Shown here one piece after another: positions 61,501 through 64,000 of a stretch of DNA of 64,000 nucleotides. Below the pieces are notes generated by a model. The model worked only from the letters and a program-made list of their open reading frames with translations, was not told where the DNA came from and ran no database searches. The stretch's first letter is position 1. Each line of letters starts with the position of its first letter. The stretch is taken from positions 124,001 to 188,000 of the forward strand of contig NIVC01001688.1 in assembly GCA_002269645.1 (NCBI GenBank), read 5' to 3'. A program made the position numbers and the translations under genes. This DNA comes from Macrostomum lignano. Lineage: Eukaryota.

Positions 61501-64000
61501 AGGCGAAGCGAGTCTTGTCGGAGATCCACTCCTCGTTAATTCCGTCGTGCAGTCTGGGAATCACACGCATCACTTCGTTGGTTCGCGAGCTCACAGTGAT
61601 GTTAGATCCAAGAGCGTCCATCACGTCGACTGATTCTACCCTGCTGAGCTCCCAGGGCCTGGCGGTGAACGAATAGGGCTTGCTGGTCAAGGCGCCAACG
61701 GGGCACAGGTCGATCACGTTGCCGGAGAGTTCGCTGCGGAATAGCTTCTCAACGTAGGTGCCAATCTAAAGTGGGAGGTGGAGTCACCTTCAGCTTACCT
61801 TTTTCTTTGTCCGATTGGCTAGTTGCTAGCTCCGAGTAGTGTATACGAGACAGCCTTTTAATTTACCTTGGATAGGCTTTTGGTTCGTTTTGCTGCTACT
61901 AAAGAGTCAGTCTTTCACTCCGCTGCTACCTCAGGCCTTTCACTCCGCTGCTACCTCAGGCCTTTCACTCCGCTGCTACCTCAGGGTCTTTCACTCCGCT
62001 GCTACCTCAGGCCTTTCACTCCGCTGCTACCTCAGGCCTTTCACTCCGCTGCTACCTCAGGCCTTTCACTCCGCTGCTACCTCAGGCCTTTCACTCCGCT
62101 GCTACCTCAGGCCTTTCACTCCGCTGCTACCTCAGGCCTTTCACTCCGCTGCTACCTCAGGCCTTTCACTCCGCTGCTACCTCAGGCCTTTCACTCCGCT
62201 GCTACCTCAGGCCTTTCACTCCGCTGCTACCTCAGGCCTTTCACTCCGCTGCTACCTCAGGCCTTTCACTCCGCTGCTACCTCAGGGTCTTTCACTCCGC
62301 TGCTACCTCAGGCCTTTCACTCCGCTGCTACCTCAGGCCTTTCACTCCGCTGCTACCTCAGGGTCTTTCACTCCGCTGCTACCTCAGGCCTTTCACTCCG
62401 CTGCTACCTCAGGCCTTTCACTCCGCTGCTACCTCAGGGTCTTTCACTCCGCTGCTACCTCAGGGTCTTTCACTCCACTGCTACCTTAGGGTCTTTCACT
62501 CCGCTGCTACCTCAGGGTCTTTCATTCCGCTGCTACCTCAGGGTCTTTCATTCCGCTGCTACCTCAGGGTCTTTCACTCCGCTGCTACCTCAGGGTCTTT
62601 CACTCCGCTGCTACCTCAGGGTCTTTCACTCCGCTGCTACCTCAGGGTCTTTCACTCCACTGCTACCTTAGGGTCTTTCATTCCGCTGCTACCTCAGGGT
62701 CTTTCATTCCGCTGCTACCTCAGGGTCTTTCATTCCGCTGCTACCTCAGGGTCTTTCATTCCGCTGCTACCTCAGGGTCTTTCACTCCGCTGCTACCTCA
62801 GGGTCTTTCACTCCGCTGCTACCCCAGGATCCATCACTTCCTCTCATCAACTCACCTGCATATCGTTGCCTCGCCCGGTGGTGCCAAGATCTTCAACGCC
62901 GGCCACCTCGGAGGCGAATCGAACGCAGCGGGTGCAGTGAATGCAGCGGGTCATGATGGTCTTCACCAGCGGTCCGATGTTCTTGTCCTCGACTGCTCGC
63001 TTGCCGTCGTGCAGATTGTCAGTGAAGCGCGATCGGTCGCTGCCGAACACCATGGACTGGTCCTGCAGGTCGCACTCGCCTCCCTGCGATGGCGATTTGG
63101 GGCGCGGCTTGGGAGCGATTCTTGGGAAGCTCTCAGGGCGATTTTGGGGCTTTCAGGGGCGATTCTTGGGAGGCTCTCAGGGCGATTTTGGGGCTTTCAG
63201 GGGCGATTCTTGGGAGGCTCTCAGGGCGATTCTTGGGAGGCTTTTAGGGGCGATTCTTGGGAGGCTCTCAGGGCGATTTTTGGGGCTTTCAGGGGCGATT
63301 CTTGGGAGGCTCTCAGGGCGATTCTTGGGAGGCTCTTAGGGGCGATTATTGGGAGGCTTTTAGGGGCGATTATTGGGAGGCTCTCAGGGCGATTCTTGGG
63401 AGGCTTTCGGGGCGATTCTTGGGGGCTTACAGGGGCGATTCTTGGAAGGCTTTTAGGGGCGATTCTTGGGAGGCTCTCAGGGGCGATTCTTGGGAGGCTC
63501 TCAGGGGCGATTCTTGGGAGGCTCTCAGGGACGATTCTTGGGAGGCTTTTAGGGGCGATTCTTGGGAGGCTTTTAGGGGCGATTCTTGGGAGGCTTTCAG
63601 GGGCGATTATTGCGAGGCTTCTAGGGGCGATTCTTGGAAGGCTTTTAGGGGCGATTCTAAGGAGTCTGATACAAGATGATTGCTTGGGGCCTTTTTAAAT
63701 TTGTTTCAGAAGACTGTAAAGCATCTTGGCAAAAGCGCCCACACACCTGATCGCAGATTGGACAATCCAGCGGATGATTAACCAGCAGAAATTCCATAAC
63801 GCCTTCGCGAGCTTTCCGCGTCATCGGCGAGTCAGTCTTGACCCGCATGCCCTTCATCACTGGCATAGCGCAGCTGGCCACCGGCTTGATGGATTTCTCA
63901 ACCTCCACCAGGCACATGCGGCAGTTGCCAGCGATGGACAGGCGCTCGTGATAGCAGAATCGGGGAATTTCGACGCCGGCCAGAGCGCAGGCCTGCAGCA
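55545..64000 (-). CDS. NDUFS1: NADH:ubiquinone oxidoreductase 75 kDa Fe-S subunit, 5'-truncated by the window edge; exons 64000-63747, 63083-62856, 61765-61463, 60388-59921, 58638-58311, 57384-57071, 55688-55545
   Basis: [32 protein letters not shown]|[61 protein letters not shown] and [12 protein letters not shown]; phase-consistent GT-AG introns; stop at 55547-55545. Confidence 0.97.
55846..57001. repeat. 28-bp minisatellite family A, second locus (55846-56586 and 56950-57001), split by a SINE
   Basis: Unit CTGGGAGGCTGGCCCAGAAACTGAGGAT, differing at one position from the 9341/14074 unit. Confidence 0.95.
56587..56948 (-). mobile_element. tRNA-derived SINE inserted in the 28-bp minisatellite of an NDUFS1 intron
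   Basis: Minus-strand head GGGGCCGTAGCCCAGCGGTAGCGC...CAGGCTCGATTCC (A and B boxes); A-rich tail CTAATAAAAAAAAT; array units on both sides. Confidence 0.7.
57440..59882. repeat. 21-bp (57440-58297) and 29-bp (58838-59882) minisatellites in NDUFS1 introns
   Basis: GATGAGTGAGTGAGGCACACA; CAGTTCAGATACACCCTGACAGTCCTGAG. Confidence 0.96.
60415..63660. repeat. NDUFS1 intronic minisatellites: 16 bp (60415-61290), ~36 bp x3-4 (61305-61432), 25-26 bp (61908-62826), ~24 bp (63100-63660)
   Basis: TCTGATTGCTGTGTTG; GGGAGTGTGGGGTAGCGGAACTCACTGACTGA; CTTTCACTCCGCTGCTACCTCAGG; GGCGATTCTTGGGAGGCTCTCAGG. Confidence 0.95.

Noticed and set aside
23411-64000. Systematic purine/pyrimidine strand bias of intronic arrays
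   Set aside because: Counter-examples (28518, 29500, 39908, 47480) run opposite to the others.

Overview
Eukaryotic (metazoan) genomic DNA, not prokaryotic. GC-rich spliced exons are separated by introns and spacers that each carry their own minisatellite. This style resembles the flatworm Macrostomum lignano, but the species is inferred, not shown. Six protein-coding genes can be reconstructed by hand with phase-consistent splice junctions. Minus strand: KIAA0930-like (first coding exon only), DTWD1 (2 exons, probable GC-AG intron filled by (GACT)n), TMEM42-like (last exon), MADD/Rab3-GEF (19 exons, about 1642 aa, plus one candidate cassette exon) and NDUFS1 (3' 7 exons). Plus strand: a 6-exon cytosolic alpha-carbonic anhydrase. 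Mobile elements: an intact Ty3/Gypsy element (identical 225-bp LTRs, 5-bp TSD), a hAT-type MITE carrying a minisatellite, two tRNA-derived SINEs, a decayed DNA transposase and a 63-bp-arm foldback. The most notable points are: (i) minisatellites seeded at or supplying splice junctions, including an array of 10 potential in-frame microexons; (ii) one dispersed 28-bp minisatellite family hit by both the Gypsy element and a SINE; (iii) a tandem RFX X-box array; (iv) complementary arrays flanking a CA exon; and (v) a possible trans-spliced operon TMEM42-DTWD1-KIAA0930. Gene identities come from remembered family motifs, not database searches. Most long ORFs in the supplied track are repeat artefacts.
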